DNA of 64,000 nucleotides from Acholeplasmataceae bacterium. Lineage in GTDB: Bacteria > Bacillota_I > Bacilli_A > Acholeplasmatales > Acholeplasmataceae. The notes below the pieces were generated by a model. That model was not told the DNA's origin, did not search any database, and saw only the letters and a list, made by a program, of their open reading frames with translations. Below, one piece after another: positions 51,984 through 63,197 of the stretch (the first letter of the stretch is position 1; every line of letters starts with the position of its first letter). The position numbers were made by a program, and so were the translations under genes. The DNA is taken from contig OY763415.1 of the NCBI GenBank assembly GCA_963667565.1, positions 416,001 through 480,000 of the forward strand, in the 5' to 3' direction.

Positions 51984-53846
51984 ATGTATCAACATGGATA
52001 CTTAAAAGTTGCAGCCGCAACACCAAAAATTAGCGTAGGTGATATTTTTCATAATGAAAAAGAGATAATTGATTTATTAGATCACACACAAGCAAGTATT
52101 GTTGTTTTTCCAGAACTTACCATTACTGGATATTCGGCAAGTGATTTATTTTATCAGGAATCATTTTTGAAAGATGCACAATCAGCATTGTCACATATTC
52201 TAGAAAAAACGACATATCAAGGTGTCTATATTTTAGGTATGCCTTTAGATGTGATGGGTGTATTATATAATGTTGCTGCTGTATGTCAAAATAAAAAAAT
52301 ACTCGGTATTGTACCGAAACAATATATTCCTAATGGGCATGAATTTTATGAAAAAAGATGGTTTCATTCAGGATTAGATACAGAAATTAAAGAAATACAA
52401 TTGCTCAATCAAAGAGTACCGTTTGGATATTTATTATTTGAACACAAAAAGCATGAATTAAGATTTGGTGTTGAAGTATGTCAAGATATTTGGGCAACCT
52501 ACTCACCGAGTGATGAACTTAGTTTACACGGTGCTAGTTTAATCTTTAATTTGTCAGCTTCAAGTGAATATGTCGGTAAACAAGCAAGCAGAAGACATGT
52601 TGTACTTGATCATTCAAGAAAACAAATTGCCGCATATGTATATACGACAACAGGACATTTTGAATCTTCGTCTGAAGTTGTGTTCTCCAATCATAAACTC
52701 ATTGCTTCACTTGGTGAAATGGTTGCTGAAAGTATGCCATTTGATATTGAAGAAACGATGTTGGTTGCTGATCTAGATATGACTGCTATCGCATATCAAA
52801 AACGTCAAGATAGTACATATAGAGATCAACACATGAAAATTTTTCACGAATTTCAAATCGTTGAATTTAACCTTATAGAGACAAATGCATTTAAATTTGA
52901 GAAACCTTTAAACCCATTACCTTTTATTAATTTAAATCATCAAGAAGAAGATTTGAAAGTTGCAAACCATTTACAAATCTATGGTTTAGTGAAAAAGTTA
53001 GAATCACTTCCTAAATCTGCAAATAAAATCATTGTAGGTATATCAGGAGGACTAGATTCTGCATTAGCACTTATTGTTTCACATCAAGCGATGAAGATAT
53101 TAAATAGAGATCCTAAAGATATCATTGCTGTCACTATGCCTGCTCAAGCAACATCTAAAAATTCTAAATCATTTGCACTTGATCTCATGGAAAAACTTGG
53201 TGTAACATGCTTAGAAATACCAATTAAAGAAGAAGTTACCAACCATTTGAAAGCAATCAATCATGAAGCGTTAGATGTGACATATGAAAATGCACAAGCA
53301 CGTATGAGAACATTAGTCCTGATGGATTTAGCGAATAAATATGGTGGTTTTGTACTCGGCACTGGTGATTTATCCGAGATTGCTTTAGGATGGATGACAT
53401 ATAATGGCGATCAAATGAGTATGTATGCAGTTAATGCTGGACTTCCAAAAACATGGGTTCAACACTTGATTAAATTCCATGCTGAACATGAATATGCTGA
53501 TGTTAGAGATACGCTTTTGGGTATTTTAAATGCTCCAATTACACCAGAATTATTAGACAATCAAGAAACAGAATTATCCATAGGTAAGTATGAAATTAAC
53601 GATTTTATTTTATATCATCATTTACAACAAGGTGCAGATGAGGATAAAATAAGATGGTTGCTACCTTATGCATTTGATTTAACAAATGACGAAGTATTAG
53701 TGTATGTTAAACGTTTTTATCAACGTTTTTATACACAACAATTTAAGAGACAAACATTACCAGAAGGACCAAAAATTTTAGGCGTTTCTTTATCACCTAG
53801 AGGTGAGTACAGAATGCCAAGCGATATACGGAAAGTGATTAAATGA
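51984..53846 (+). CDS. nadE: Glutamine-dependent NAD+ synthetase
   Basis: Nitrilase domain (FPEL, EFYEKRWF, EVC.D.W) plus SGGLDS, ENAQAR.R, GTGDLSE. Confidence 0.95.
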   Translation: MYQHGYLKVAAATPKISVGDIFHNEKEIIDLLDHTQASIVVFPELTITGYSASDLFYQESFLKDAQSALSHILEKTTYQGVYILGMPLDVMGVLYNVAAVCQNKKILGIVPKQYIPNGHEFYEKRWFHSGLDTEIKEIQLLNQRVPFGYLLFEHKKHELRFGVEVCQDIWATYSPSDELSLHGASLIFNLSASSEYVGKQASRRHVVLDHSRKQIAAYVYTTTGHFESSSEVVFSNHKLIASLGEMVAESMPFDIEETMLVADLDMTAIAYQKRQDSTYRDQHMKIFHEFQIVEFNLIETNAFKFEKPLNPLPFINLNHQEEDLKVANHLQIYGLVKKLESLPKSANKIIVGISGGLDSALALIVSHQAMKILNRDPKDIIAVTMPAQATSKNSKSFALDLMEKLGVTCLEIPIKEEVTNHLKAINHEALDVTYENAQARMRTLVLMDLANKYGGFVLGTGDLSEIALGWMTYNGDQMSMYAVNAGLPKTWVQHLIKFHAEHEYADVRDTLLGILNAPITPELLDNQETELSIGKYEINDFILYHHLQQGADEDKIRWLLPYAFDLTNDEVLVYVKRFYQRFYTQQFKRQTLPEGPKILGVSLSPRGEYRMPSDIRKVIK

Positions 53847-54976
53847 AAAAGAAAGAAAAAGTTATTATTGGATTAAGTGGCGGTGTTGATTCAAGCGTTG
53901 CTGCTTATCTTTTAATTCAAGAAGGTTATGATGTAGAAGCTGTTTTTATGCGTAATTGGGATAGTGCAACCAATCTTGATTTTAAAGGTAATCCAACAGC
54001 ATTTGATGAAGTGTGTGAACAAGAAAAAGATTATCAAGATGCTGTCAAAGTAGCAGAGAAATTAGGAATCAAATTACATAGAGTCGATTTCATTGAAGAT
54101 TATTGGAATCGTGTTTTTACTTATTTTTTAGAAGAATATAAAAAAAATAGAACACCCAATCCAGATGTTTTATGTAATAACGAAATTAAATTTAAAGCAT
54201 TTGTTGATTATGTCAAACGATTTGATGCTGACTATATTGCTATGGGACACTATGCACAAGTCGATTTATCAGGAAGTGAACCAAAACTCTTAAGAGCAAA
54301 AGATCAAAATAAAGATCAAACCTATTTTTTATCACAATTAAGATCAGATCAATTAAAAAATGTCATATTTCCGATTGGTCATTTAGATAAAAAAGAAGTC
54401 AGAGAAATTGCTAAAAGAGAAGGACTTGCCACAGCATTAAAGAAAGATTCTACAGGCATCTGTTTTATTGGGGAACGTCATTTCAATGAATTCTTAAGTA
54501 ATTATTTACCTGCTCAACCAGGTGATATGAGAACTTTAGAAGGTGTTTATGTCAAAAAACACTCAGGATTGATGAACTACACGATAGGACAAAGAAAGGG
54601 TTTAGGTATTGGTGGCACTAAAGATACTACAGAACCATGGTTCGTTGTAGGAAAAGACTTAAAGACAAATACACTTTTTGTTGAACCAAATGGAAATCAT
54701 CAAAATCTATATAGTGATCAAGCAATCATCACTGAAGTGACTTGGAGAGGACCTAAAATAGATGGTAAAATGACTGCTAAATTTAGATATCGTCAACCGG
54801 ATCAAGATGTATTCGTTAAATGGTTAAATGAAGATACCATTGAAGTCTTATATCCACAAGGTATTAAAGCAGTAACACCAGGTCAAGTATGTGCATTTTA
54901 TCAAAATGAAGTATGTTTAGGTGCAGGATTTATTGATCAAGTCTTTATGGATAAAAAATTAAGACAATATAGTTAA
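53843..54976 (+). CDS. mnmA: tRNA 2-thiouridylase
   Basis: SGGVDS; TPNPD..CN; KDQTYFL; DSTGICFIG; TPGQ. Confidence 0.97.
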   Translation: MKKKEKVIIGLSGGVDSSVAAYLLIQEGYDVEAVFMRNWDSATNLDFKGNPTAFDEVCEQEKDYQDAVKVAEKLGIKLHRVDFIEDYWNRVFTYFLEEYKKNRTPNPDVLCNNEIKFKAFVDYVKRFDADYIAMGHYAQVDLSGSEPKLLRAKDQNKDQTYFLSQLRSDQLKNVIFPIGHLDKKEVREIAKREGLATALKKDSTGICFIGERHFNEFLSNYLPAQPGDMRTLEGVYVKKHSGLMNYTIGQRKGLGIGGTKDTTEPWFVVGKDLKTNTLFVEPNGNHQNLYSDQAIITEVTWRGPKIDGKMTAKFRYRQPDQDVFVKWLNEDTIEVLYPQGIKAVTPGQVCAFYQNEVCLGAGFIDQVFMDKKLRQYS

Positions 54977-55048
54977 AAGGAACTATGTTCCTTTTTTTAA
55001 TGTCTATTTAGTGCTATAATATGAGTATTATGAAATAAGGAGATAACC

Positions 55049-57265
55049 ATGGATAAAGTCACAGGTAGTATTAAAAATTACGTATACCACAACGATGAAA
55101 ACAGCTATTCAATTGCAAGACTTGTGACAAGTGATGAATCTATTGTAACAGTAGTAGGTTATTTTCCAAAAATGAGTGAAGATGTTGTCTATGAATTCAT
55201 GGGTGAATGGGTTAACCATCAAACCTATGGACAACAGTTTAAAGCACAGTCATTTAAAAAAGCTGAAGCACAATCTATTTCAGGCGTAATCAGTTATTTA
55301 TCAAGTTCTTACTTTACAGGTATAGGACCTAAAACTGCAGAAAAAATTGTTGAAATGCTTGGACAAAATGCGATTCAAGAAATTATTAATAACCCAGAAG
55401 TGTTAAAAGAAGTTGGTTTAAATGCTGTTAGAATTGCTAAATTAAAACAACAGCTCATTGAAAACCAAATTCATGAGCACATTTTAGTGACGCTTTATGG
55501 TTATAATATTTCAGGTAAAATCGCTATGAAATTACTCAATAAATATCAAATGCTCACAATTAAAAAAATCGAAGAAAATCCATATCAATTAATTGATGAT
55601 ATCGATGGTATAGGATTTATCAAAGCTGATGAAATTGCTTCTAAAGTTGGCATAGAAAAAGATGATATAAGACGCGTTAAAGCTGCAATCATCTATGCAC
55701 TTGAAACCATTGGATATCAAAATGGTGATATTTATTTACTTAAAGAACAACTTTTTACATATACATCAGATACACTTCGAGTAGAAGTAGATATAACACC
55801 GGGTTTAGACGCTCTTGTTGAAGAAAACAAAATTATCATAGAAGATGATCGTTATTATTTACACGTTTCATATTTCACTGAAATAAGACTCGCAAATAAG
55901 ATTAAGTCAATCAATCATGAAACTGATGAATCCTATGATACAGCATATATTGCGACGCTTATCGATATGATTGAAATACAAAAAAATATTCATTACACTG
56001 ATATACAAAAAACGGCGATCCTAGAATCCATGACCCATAAATTTACAGTCATCACAGGGGGACCAGGTACTGGTAAAACAACGATTATTGATGGCCTACT
56101 AGATGTGTACAGAAATTATTATAAGTTAGATTTTGACGATGTTAATATTTACAGTCATCTTGCACTTTTAGCTCCTACGGGTAGAGCAGCAAAAAGAATG
56201 ACCGAATTACTTGATATGAAAGCATCAACGATACACAGACATCTTGGATATAATTATGATGGTTTGTTTGCATATGATGAGTCATATCCATTACCTCAAA
56301 AATTAATCATTGTTGATGAATCTTCGATGCTTGATATCTTTTTGGCATATAAACTTTTACAGGCCGTCAAAGATGATGCAAAAGTCATTTTTGTAGGCGA
56401 TGTTGACCAATTACCATCTGTGGGTCCTGGGCAGGTTTTATCTGATATGATTACATCTAACCAAATTAAAACAGTCAGACTCGATGAAATACACCGACAA
56501 GCAAAAGATTCTAATATTGTAGAACTTGCATTTAAAGTCAATCATCAAATTGTTGATATGGATGATTTAAAGAGTTTTAATGATCTTTATTTGTACAAAG
56601 CACACCCTAATCAAATTCATCACGTCTTGATAAATCAAATTCAAGGCGCGCTTGATAAAGGTTATAATATGGTTGATGACATTCAAATACTTGCACCGAT
56701 GTATAAAGGAGAATTAGGTATTGATCGTTTAAATGAAGTGCTTCAAGAAGCGTTTAATCCAAATAAAGATATCGCCGTCAAATATGGCGAGAAAACATAT
56801 TATATTGGTGATAAAGTCATACAACTTGTCAATGATCCAGAACGTTTGATTATGAATGGAGATATTGGACGAATAGAAGATATATTTTTAAATGCATCAA
56901 ATGAGCAAATCATCAAGGTTAGATTTGATGACAATATGGTTTTATATGACAAAAGTGACTTAGATGAGCTTAATTTAGCATATGCGATGAGTATTCATAA
57001 AGCACAAGGTAGTGAATATAAGATTGTTATGATGCCGATGGTTAAACATTACATGCATATGCTTAAAAAAGAATTGATTTATACAGCAATTACAAGAGCA
57101 AAACAATATTTAATTATTTTAGGTGATATGCCACTTTTGGTTTATGCGTCAACCCATTTGGTAAATAAAAGACAAACGACTTTAGCATTGCGCTTATCAC
57201 AAGAATTTGGTATGATAGATAGAGAAGATGAATTAGATGATTTATCACCTTATGATTTTATGTAG
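55049..57265 (+). CDS. recD2: RecD2-like helicase
   Basis: GIGPKTA HhH; GGPGTGKTT; APTGRAAKR; DESSM; HKAQGSEY; YTAITRAK. Confidence 0.95.
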   Translation: MDKVTGSIKNYVYHNDENSYSIARLVTSDESIVTVVGYFPKMSEDVVYEFMGEWVNHQTYGQQFKAQSFKKAEAQSISGVISYLSSSYFTGIGPKTAEKIVEMLGQNAIQEIINNPEVLKEVGLNAVRIAKLKQQLIENQIHEHILVTLYGYNISGKIAMKLLNKYQMLTIKKIEENPYQLIDDIDGIGFIKADEIASKVGIEKDDIRRVKAAIIYALETIGYQNGDIYLLKEQLFTYTSDTLRVEVDITPGLDALVEENKIIIEDDRYYLHVSYFTEIRLANKIKSINHETDESYDTAYIATLIDMIEIQKNIHYTDIQKTAILESMTHKFTVITGGPGTGKTTIIDGLLDVYRNYYKLDFDDVNIYSHLALLAPTGRAAKRMTELLDMKASTIHRHLGYNYDGLFAYDESYPLPQKLIIVDESSMLDIFLAYKLLQAVKDDAKVIFVGDVDQLPSVGPGQVLSDMITSNQIKTVRLDEIHRQAKDSNIVELAFKVNHQIVDMDDLKSFNDLYLYKAHPNQIHHVLINQIQGALDKGYNMVDDIQILAPMYKGELGIDRLNEVLQEAFNPNKDIAVKYGEKTYYIGDKVIQLVNDPERLIMNGDIGRIEDIFLNASNEQIIKVRFDDNMVLYDKSDLDELNLAYAMSIHKAQGSEYKIVMMPMVKHYMHMLKKELIYTAITRAKQYLIILGDMPLLVYASTHLVNKRQTTLALRLSQEFGMIDREDELDDLSPYDFM

Positions 57266-57280
57266 ATGGAGGGACACTAT

Positions 57281-58117
57281 ATGAGTCAAATTTTAAGTGC
57301 ATTTTTTGATTTTTTGAATCAAGATATGCCTGAACCAATTGCATTTTCAAACTTAAGTGAAAGCTGGTTTTATTATCTTTCATTAGTATTGGTCATTGTA
57401 GGTTCAATATTTTTAGCATTAAAATTTAAAAAACAAGATCAAAAAGGTATACAAAGAACCATTTTGATTATTTCGATATTGCTGATTGCATTTGAAGTTT
57501 ATAAGCAAGTTATTTTTGCATACTCTAATAACTGGCATATCAGATGGTATGCATTTCCATTCCAATTTTGTTCAACAGCGATGTATGCTACACTTTTTGT
57601 TGGATTAACAAAAAGCGAGAAACTATATGATATAGGAATTAGTTTTCTAGCAACATTTAGTTTATTTGCTGGCGCAGCAGTGATGTTTTATCCAGGTGAT
57701 GTATTTGTAACAACCATTGGTATTAATATTCAAACGATGTTTTATCATGGTAGTATGGTTGCTATGGGTATTGGTCTTATCTTTTCAGGAAAAGTTAAAG
57801 CATCTACAGATACTTTATTTAAAGGTCTGATGCCAATGACAGTATTTTGGATGATTGCTATTTTATTAAATGGTGTTGTCAATCAATTTTTTCCAAATAT
57901 TGGTACATTCAATATGTTCTTAATTAATCCAAGATATAATTCTTCAATTCCTATCTTGAATATGATTCAGCCTTATGTTGCAGCACCAATATTCCAATTA
58001 GCTTACTTATTAGGTATTACGTTTGCATCATTTGTTACATTTAATTTATTCCAAGGTATGAAATCCTTTAGTAAGATATTTGTGCACAATCCAGCACTCG
58101 CAAGCAAAAAAATATAA
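57281..58117 (+). CDS. YwaF-like integral membrane protein
   Basis: Multi-TM; FPFQFCS motif. Confidence 0.7.
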   Translation: MSQILSAFFDFLNQDMPEPIAFSNLSESWFYYLSLVLVIVGSIFLALKFKKQDQKGIQRTILIISILLIAFEVYKQVIFAYSNNWHIRWYAFPFQFCSTAMYATLFVGLTKSEKLYDIGISFLATFSLFAGAAVMFYPGDVFVTTIGINIQTMFYHGSMVAMGIGLIFSGKVKASTDTLFKGLMPMTVFWMIAILLNGVVNQFFPNIGTFNMFLINPRYNSSIPILNMIQPYVAAPIFQLAYLLGITFASFVTFNLFQGMKSFSKIFVHNPALASKKI

Positions 58118-58150
58118 TAAAAAGGTAGACATTGTCTACCTTATTTTTTT
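58118..58150. terminator. Bidirectional terminator
   Basis: AAGGTAGACA-t-TGTCTACCTT flanked by A and T tracts between convergent genes. Confidence 0.8.
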
Positions 58151-59396
58151 AATCCTCATCTTTACTTGGACAATTAACAGTTGTTCCGCTTGGAACAAAT
58201 GATTCTTTAAATTGTGCATATCTTAAGATACGACAGTTTTTACCAATTCTAATAGAATTTGGAACCACTGCACCTTTTTCAATCACAGTAATCCCTGATT
58301 TCAATAAATCAGGTTTTTCTTTATTTGGTGTTAAATCAGTACCATAACCAACCACTGAATTTCTTCCAATAACTACTTTTTTATCGATAATCGATTGATA
58401 GACTTCAACATTTTCACTAATGATAACATTATTTAAAATGACACTGTCTTTAATTGTTGAGTTTTTACCAACTCTAACACCTGGACTTAAAACGGAATTG
58501 ATGACATTGCCTTCAATAACACATCCATTTGATACAAGTGAATTTGAAATCTTTGCTTCTGATCCAATTTTAACAGGAGGCAAATCTTCACTCTTTGTAA
58601 ATACTTTCCATGTTGGATCATATAAATCAAGTGGTGTATAATCTTTTGTCATTTCTAGGTTGGTTTCTAAATAAGCATCGTATGTACCTACATCCATCCA
58701 ATAATGATCAAATGTGTAAGACATGACTTTAGCATCAGTTTTTTCAATTAAATGAGGAATGATGTGCTTACCAAAATCCAAATCATCTTGTTTAATACTT
58801 AAAAGAAGTTCTTCAAGAAGTGAGAAATTAAATAAATAGATACCCATAGAGGCTAAATTGGATTCAGTTTTCTTAGGTTTTTCTTCAAATGAGATAATCT
58901 CTTTATCATCATTGACAGTCATAATACCGAAACGATGAGTTTCAGATGGATCCACAGGATGTGTAGCAATCGTTAAGAGTGCATTACTTTCTTTATGCAT
59001 CTTAATCATCGGACGATAATCCATTTTATAAATGTGATCACCTGATAAAATAAGCACATATTGAGGATTTTTACGGCGTAAAAATTCCAAATTTTTCTTA
59101 ACAGCATCTGCAGTTCCTAAATACCAATAATTATGTGGTTGAAGAAGTGTTACACCAGAATCCCTTCTATCGAAATCCCAAGGTTTTCCACTACCAATAT
59201 GCTCATTTAAAGAAAGTGGTAAATATTGAGTTAAAATGCCGATATCATAAATGTGTGATTGTGTACAATTTGATAATGTAAAATCGATGATTCTAAATTT
59301 CCCTGCAAAAGGCATTGCAGGTTTACTGCGTCTTCTTGATAATAAATCAAGTCTTGAGCCTTTTCCACCAGCTAAGATTAATGCTAAAACTTCCAT
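58149..59396 (-). CDS. glgC: Glucose-1-phosphate adenylyltransferase
   Basis: LAGG.GSRL; KPAMPFAGKFRIIDF; GTADAV; SGDHIYKMDY; FEEKP. Confidence 0.96.
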   Translation of the reverse strand: MEVLALILAGGKGSRLDLLSRRRSKPAMPFAGKFRIIDFTLSNCTQSHIYDIGILTQYLPLSLNEHIGSGKPWDFDRRDSGVTLLQPHNYWYLGTADAVKKNLEFLRRKNPQYVLILSGDHIYKMDYRPMIKMHKESNALLTIATHPVDPSETHRFGIMTVNDDKEIISFEEKPKKTESNLASMGIYLFNFSLLEELLLSIKQDDLDFGKHIIPHLIEKTDAKVMSYTFDHYWMDVGTYDAYLETNLEMTKDYTPLDLYDPTWKVFTKSEDLPPVKIGSEAKISNSLVSNGCVIEGNVINSVLSPGVRVGKNSTIKDSVILNNVIISENVEVYQSIIDKKVVIGRNSVVGYGTDLTPNKEKPDLLKSGITVIEKGAVVPNSIRIGKNCRILRYAQFKESFVPSGTTVNCPSKDED

Positions 59397-59398
59397 GT

Positions 59399-60826
59399 TT
59401 ATGCCTCCAAAATTTTATTATATAAAGCTTCATATGAACGAGCAACTTGGCTCAATCCATTATCTTGTTTCATCGCTTGTCTCACGAGTTTATTAAACAC
59501 AAGTTTGTGATTGATGTATAAATCGATGGCTGCATAAATCTGTTCTTTAAACTCATATAATGAGTAATTTGCAAAACTAAATCCTGTACCGGATTCATTA
59601 AATTTATTATAAGGGATGACTGTATCCTTTAATCCCCCTGTTTCTGTAACGATGGGTAGTGAACCATATTTCATTGCTATCATTTGTCCTAAACCACAAG
59701 GTTCAAATTGACTTGGCATCATAAATAAATCGGAGCCTGCATAGAGCTGATGAGCAACCTGTTCGTTAAATCCAATATAGTTTGCGACTCTATGAGGATA
59801 TTTAGATGTCAAATATCTGATGTGATTTTCATAAGCTTCATTGCCTGAACCTAAGATAATGAAGTTTGCATCTGAGAATATAACTGCATCCTCAATGGCT
59901 TGTAAAATCAGATCAATCCCTTTTTGTTCTGCCAGTCTTCCTACATATGCTATCAGAGGAACATCAACATCAGGTTTTAATTGATATTGATGAAGGATTT
60001 CTTTTTTAATCATTTTCTTTTTTGCTATTGCATTTTTAATATGATAGTTTTGACTGATTAAAGGGTCTATTTCTGGATTAAACACTTCTTCATCAATCCC
60101 GTTTAAAATACCATATAAATCGTTTTGTCTTTGGTATAGTGATCCATCTAAGGAAAAACCAAAAGCTTGTGTAAGTATTTCATTTCTATAAGTAGGACTC
60201 ACTGTATTAATTTTAGTAGCTCTTTCAATTCCAGCTTTTAAAAAATTAATAGATTCAAAATGAATATAAGTATAATCAAATTGATCAGAGAAGTAGTGAT
60301 AAAAAGATTTGTCAAAAGATCCTTGATATTGTAAATTGTGAATGGTTAGTAATGTGTGTATTTTGTAATATGATTCATTTTTTTGACGATATTTTTGATC
60401 TAATAAATAAGGGATCATACCTGTTTGCCAATCATTTAAATGAATGATAGATGGATAATCATTGATAAGTTCAAACAACTCTAAAACAGCATAATCAAAT
60501 GCAGTAAATCGGTCAATATCATCATCATATCCATACAAGCCATCACGTTCAAACAAATGCATATTTTCTACAAATATATAATCGATGTTTTCATATGTCA
60601 TTAAATAATAGTTAAAAACCCATTCATGATAAGAGACATAAACGGTCTTGGTACCTAAATATTTTAATTGATCAGCATATTTTTTCATGTGGCGATAATA
60701 TGGCGTAATCACTTTTGTTTCAATGTTCATTTGATTTAGTGATTTTGGTAAAAAATAAGCCATATCAGCAAGACCACCAGTTTTACTAAATGGATATGCT
60801 TCCGAACTTACAAAGCAGATTTTCAT
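59399..60826 (-). CDS. glgA: Glycogen synthase
   Basis: KTGGLAD; NDWQT; TIHNL.YQG; PS.FEPCGL.Q; ATG 60826 with GAGG RBS. Confidence 0.96.
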   Translation of the reverse strand: MKICFVSSEAYPFSKTGGLADMAYFLPKSLNQMNIETKVITPYYRHMKKYADQLKYLGTKTVYVSYHEWVFNYYLMTYENIDYIFVENMHLFERDGLYGYDDDIDRFTAFDYAVLELFELINDYPSIIHLNDWQTGMIPYLLDQKYRQKNESYYKIHTLLTIHNLQYQGSFDKSFYHYFSDQFDYTYIHFESINFLKAGIERATKINTVSPTYRNEILTQAFGFSLDGSLYQRQNDLYGILNGIDEEVFNPEIDPLISQNYHIKNAIAKKKMIKKEILHQYQLKPDVDVPLIAYVGRLAEQKGIDLILQAIEDAVIFSDANFIILGSGNEAYENHIRYLTSKYPHRVANYIGFNEQVAHQLYAGSDLFMMPSQFEPCGLGQMIAMKYGSLPIVTETGGLKDTVIPYNKFNESGTGFSFANYSLYEFKEQIYAAIDLYINHKLVFNKLVRQAMKQDNGLSQVARSYEALYNKILEA

Positions 60827-60956
60827 AATTTTAACCTCTTTGCATAACTTGTATACTTCTATTATACTTATATATATTTTAATATTCAATGACAAACAAA
60901 TAATTCACATGAATCAACATTTAATTATGTTATACTAATCAAGTGGAGGTATCAAT

Positions 60957-61994
60957 ATGACAAAAGAAATTTCATGTGGCATAGTGCTTTATAAGTATGC
61001 ACAAAATCAAAGATACTTTTTAATGATAAAACAAAAGAACAGTGGCCATTTTGGTTTTCCCAAAGGACATTTGGAATCTGGTGAAAGCAAAAAACAAGCT
61101 GCCATAAGAGAAGTTAAAGAAGAAACAAATCTTGATGCATTTATCATCGGAAATTATTATTTTAAAACAACCTATTCTCCAGAGGAGAATGTCGTTAAAG
61201 ATGTTTATTACTACTTAGGTAAAGTTTATGATGGAAAACTTTTTAAACAAGAAAAAGAGATTGATGAAATCTTTTGGATTTTAGAAAAAGATGTTTTAAA
61301 TAAAATCACTTATGAAAGTGATAAACACGTTTTTAGAAATCTATTATCTAAAATTAATCGAATTGAAAAAGGTATAAGTTTAGAATTAATGTCATATATT
61401 GAAGAACATATCATCCCAAGATATAAACAATTTGATAAAGCGCATCATGTTGATCATGTTTTCGATGTGATTTTTGATAGTATCAAATTATCTAAAACAT
61501 TTGATGTCAATAAAAATTACATTTATACGATTGCAGCATTTCACGATCTTGGTCTAAAGTTTGGCAGAGAAACACATCACATCACTGGTGGAGAGATACT
61601 TAAAGAAGATTTATTTATACAGTCATTTTTTAAACCAGAAGAGATTTTATTAATGGTAGATGCAATCTATGATCATAGAGCATCTCATGGTGTAATGCCA
61701 AGAACAATATACGGGAAGATTATTGCTGAAGCAGACAGACAAATGAATGCACAAAACATCATTTTAAGAACTGCACTATACGAAACATCAAAGCATCCAG
61801 ATGTGAGTATCGATCAACAAGTTGATCATTGCTATCTTCACATGTTAGAAAAATATAGTGATCATGGCTATTTAAAATTGTGTTTAGACATCGGAAAAAA
61901 TGTCAAGGAATTAGAAAAATTAAGAAAAATGATTAGAAATGAAACATATATTAGATTGAAATTCAAAGAAATCATCATGAAACGAAATAAATAA
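60957..61994 (+). CDS. Nudix (Ap4A hydrolase-like) - HD domain fusion
   Basis: SCGIV..FPKGHLESGE..AAIREVKEET, then H..DH..V, FHDLG, HRAS, EADR. Confidence 0.85.
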   Translation: MTKEISCGIVLYKYAQNQRYFLMIKQKNSGHFGFPKGHLESGESKKQAAIREVKEETNLDAFIIGNYYFKTTYSPEENVVKDVYYYLGKVYDGKLFKQEKEIDEIFWILEKDVLNKITYESDKHVFRNLLSKINRIEKGISLELMSYIEEHIIPRYKQFDKAHHVDHVFDVIFDSIKLSKTFDVNKNYIYTIAAFHDLGLKFGRETHHITGGEILKEDLFIQSFFKPEEILLMVDAIYDHRASHGVMPRTIYGKIIAEADRQMNAQNIILRTALYETSKHPDVSIDQQVDHCYLHMLEKYSDHGYLKLCLDIGKNVKELEKLRKMIRNETYIRLKFKEIIMKRNK

Positions 61995-62049
61995 TAAATT
62001 TGTATGTTAAAATATAAACAATAGTGGATTTTTAGGAGAAAAAATCAAA

Positions 62050-63147
62050 ATGAAAATCGGAACAGTTAAAGAGATTAAGAAGTATGAGTTTCGAGTTGGG
62101 CTAACTCCGAGCAGTTGTGCTCAATATATCAAACATGGACATGAAGTCTTTGTTGAAAAAAATGCAGGTTTAGAAGCAGGATTTGAAGATTTAGCATATG
62201 AAAATGTTGGTGCTAAAATAATGGAAACAGCACAAGAAGTCTGGGAAAATGTAGACATGCTTGTTAAAGTTAAAGAACCTTTAGAAGCTGAATATCCATT
62301 TTTAAGAGAAAATCTTATATTGTATACATATCTTCACTTAGCTGCAAACTTAGAATTAACAGAAGCTTTATTAAAAGCAAAAACTGCAGGTGTTGCATAT
62401 GAAACGATTGAAGAAGATCATATGTTACCTTGCTTAAAACCAATGAGTGAAATTGCAGGTAGACTTAGTGCAATAGAGGGTGCTAAGTGCTTGGAAAAAC
62501 AACAAGGTGGCAGTGGCGTATTATTATCTGGTGTACCTGGAGTTAAAAAAGCAAATGCAGTCATTATTGGTGCAGGTGTTGTTGGTGAAAATGCACTTAA
62601 GATGTTAGTAGGTTTAGGGGCAAATGTAACCATATTAGATATCAATTTAAAAAAATTAACATACTTAGATGATATTTATGGTCAACAAATTCAAACGTTA
62701 TACAGTAATGAGGCACATATTAAAGAATCACTTGAACAAGCAGATTTAGTGATTGGTGCAGTTTTACTTCCAGGAAGTAAAGCACCAAAACTTATTAAGA
62801 GATCATATTATGAATTTATGAAAAAAGGTAGTGTGATTGTCGATGTTGCTATTGATCAAGGTGGTTCAACAGAAGTATCACATGCAACATACCATGACGA
62901 TCCTACTTATGTAGTTGATGGTATATTACATTATACGGTTGCAAATATGCCAGGTTCTGTTCCAAGAACAGCAACTGAAGCATTGAATCATGCAACACTC
63001 AAATATGGACTATTAATTGCAGATCAAGGATTAGATCAAGCATTAAGTATTTCTAAACCTATTCAATTAGGTTTAAATACATTACATGGAAAATTATATT
63101 GTCAAGGTGTTGCAGACGCATTTGATTTAGAACTAGCAAAATTATAG
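62050..63147 (+). CDS. ald: Alanine dehydrogenase
   Basis: KEIK..E.RVGLTP; KVKEP; YLHLA; PMSEIAGR; DVAIDQGG; VANMPG. Confidence 0.97.
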   Translation: MKIGTVKEIKKYEFRVGLTPSSCAQYIKHGHEVFVEKNAGLEAGFEDLAYENVGAKIMETAQEVWENVDMLVKVKEPLEAEYPFLRENLILYTYLHLAANLELTEALLKAKTAGVAYETIEEDHMLPCLKPMSEIAGRLSAIEGAKCLEKQQGGSGVLLSGVPGVKKANAVIIGAGVVGENALKMLVGLGANVTILDINLKKLTYLDDIYGQQIQTLYSNEAHIKESLEQADLVIGAVLLPGSKAPKLIKRSYYEFMKKGSVIVDVAIDQGGSTEVSHATYHDDPTYVVDGILHYTVANMPGSVPRTATEALNHATLKYGLLIADQGLDQALSISKPIQLGLNTLHGKLYCQGVADAFDLELAKL

Positions 63148-63197
63148 GGGGATAATTTTTTTTATCCCTTTTATTTATCATAGAATTAGGTGATTAG

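Noticed and set aside
58122..58142. GTAGACA/TGTCTAC motif shared with the IS3 ends
   Set aside because: Explained as a bidirectional terminator between convergent genes; match is only 7 bp
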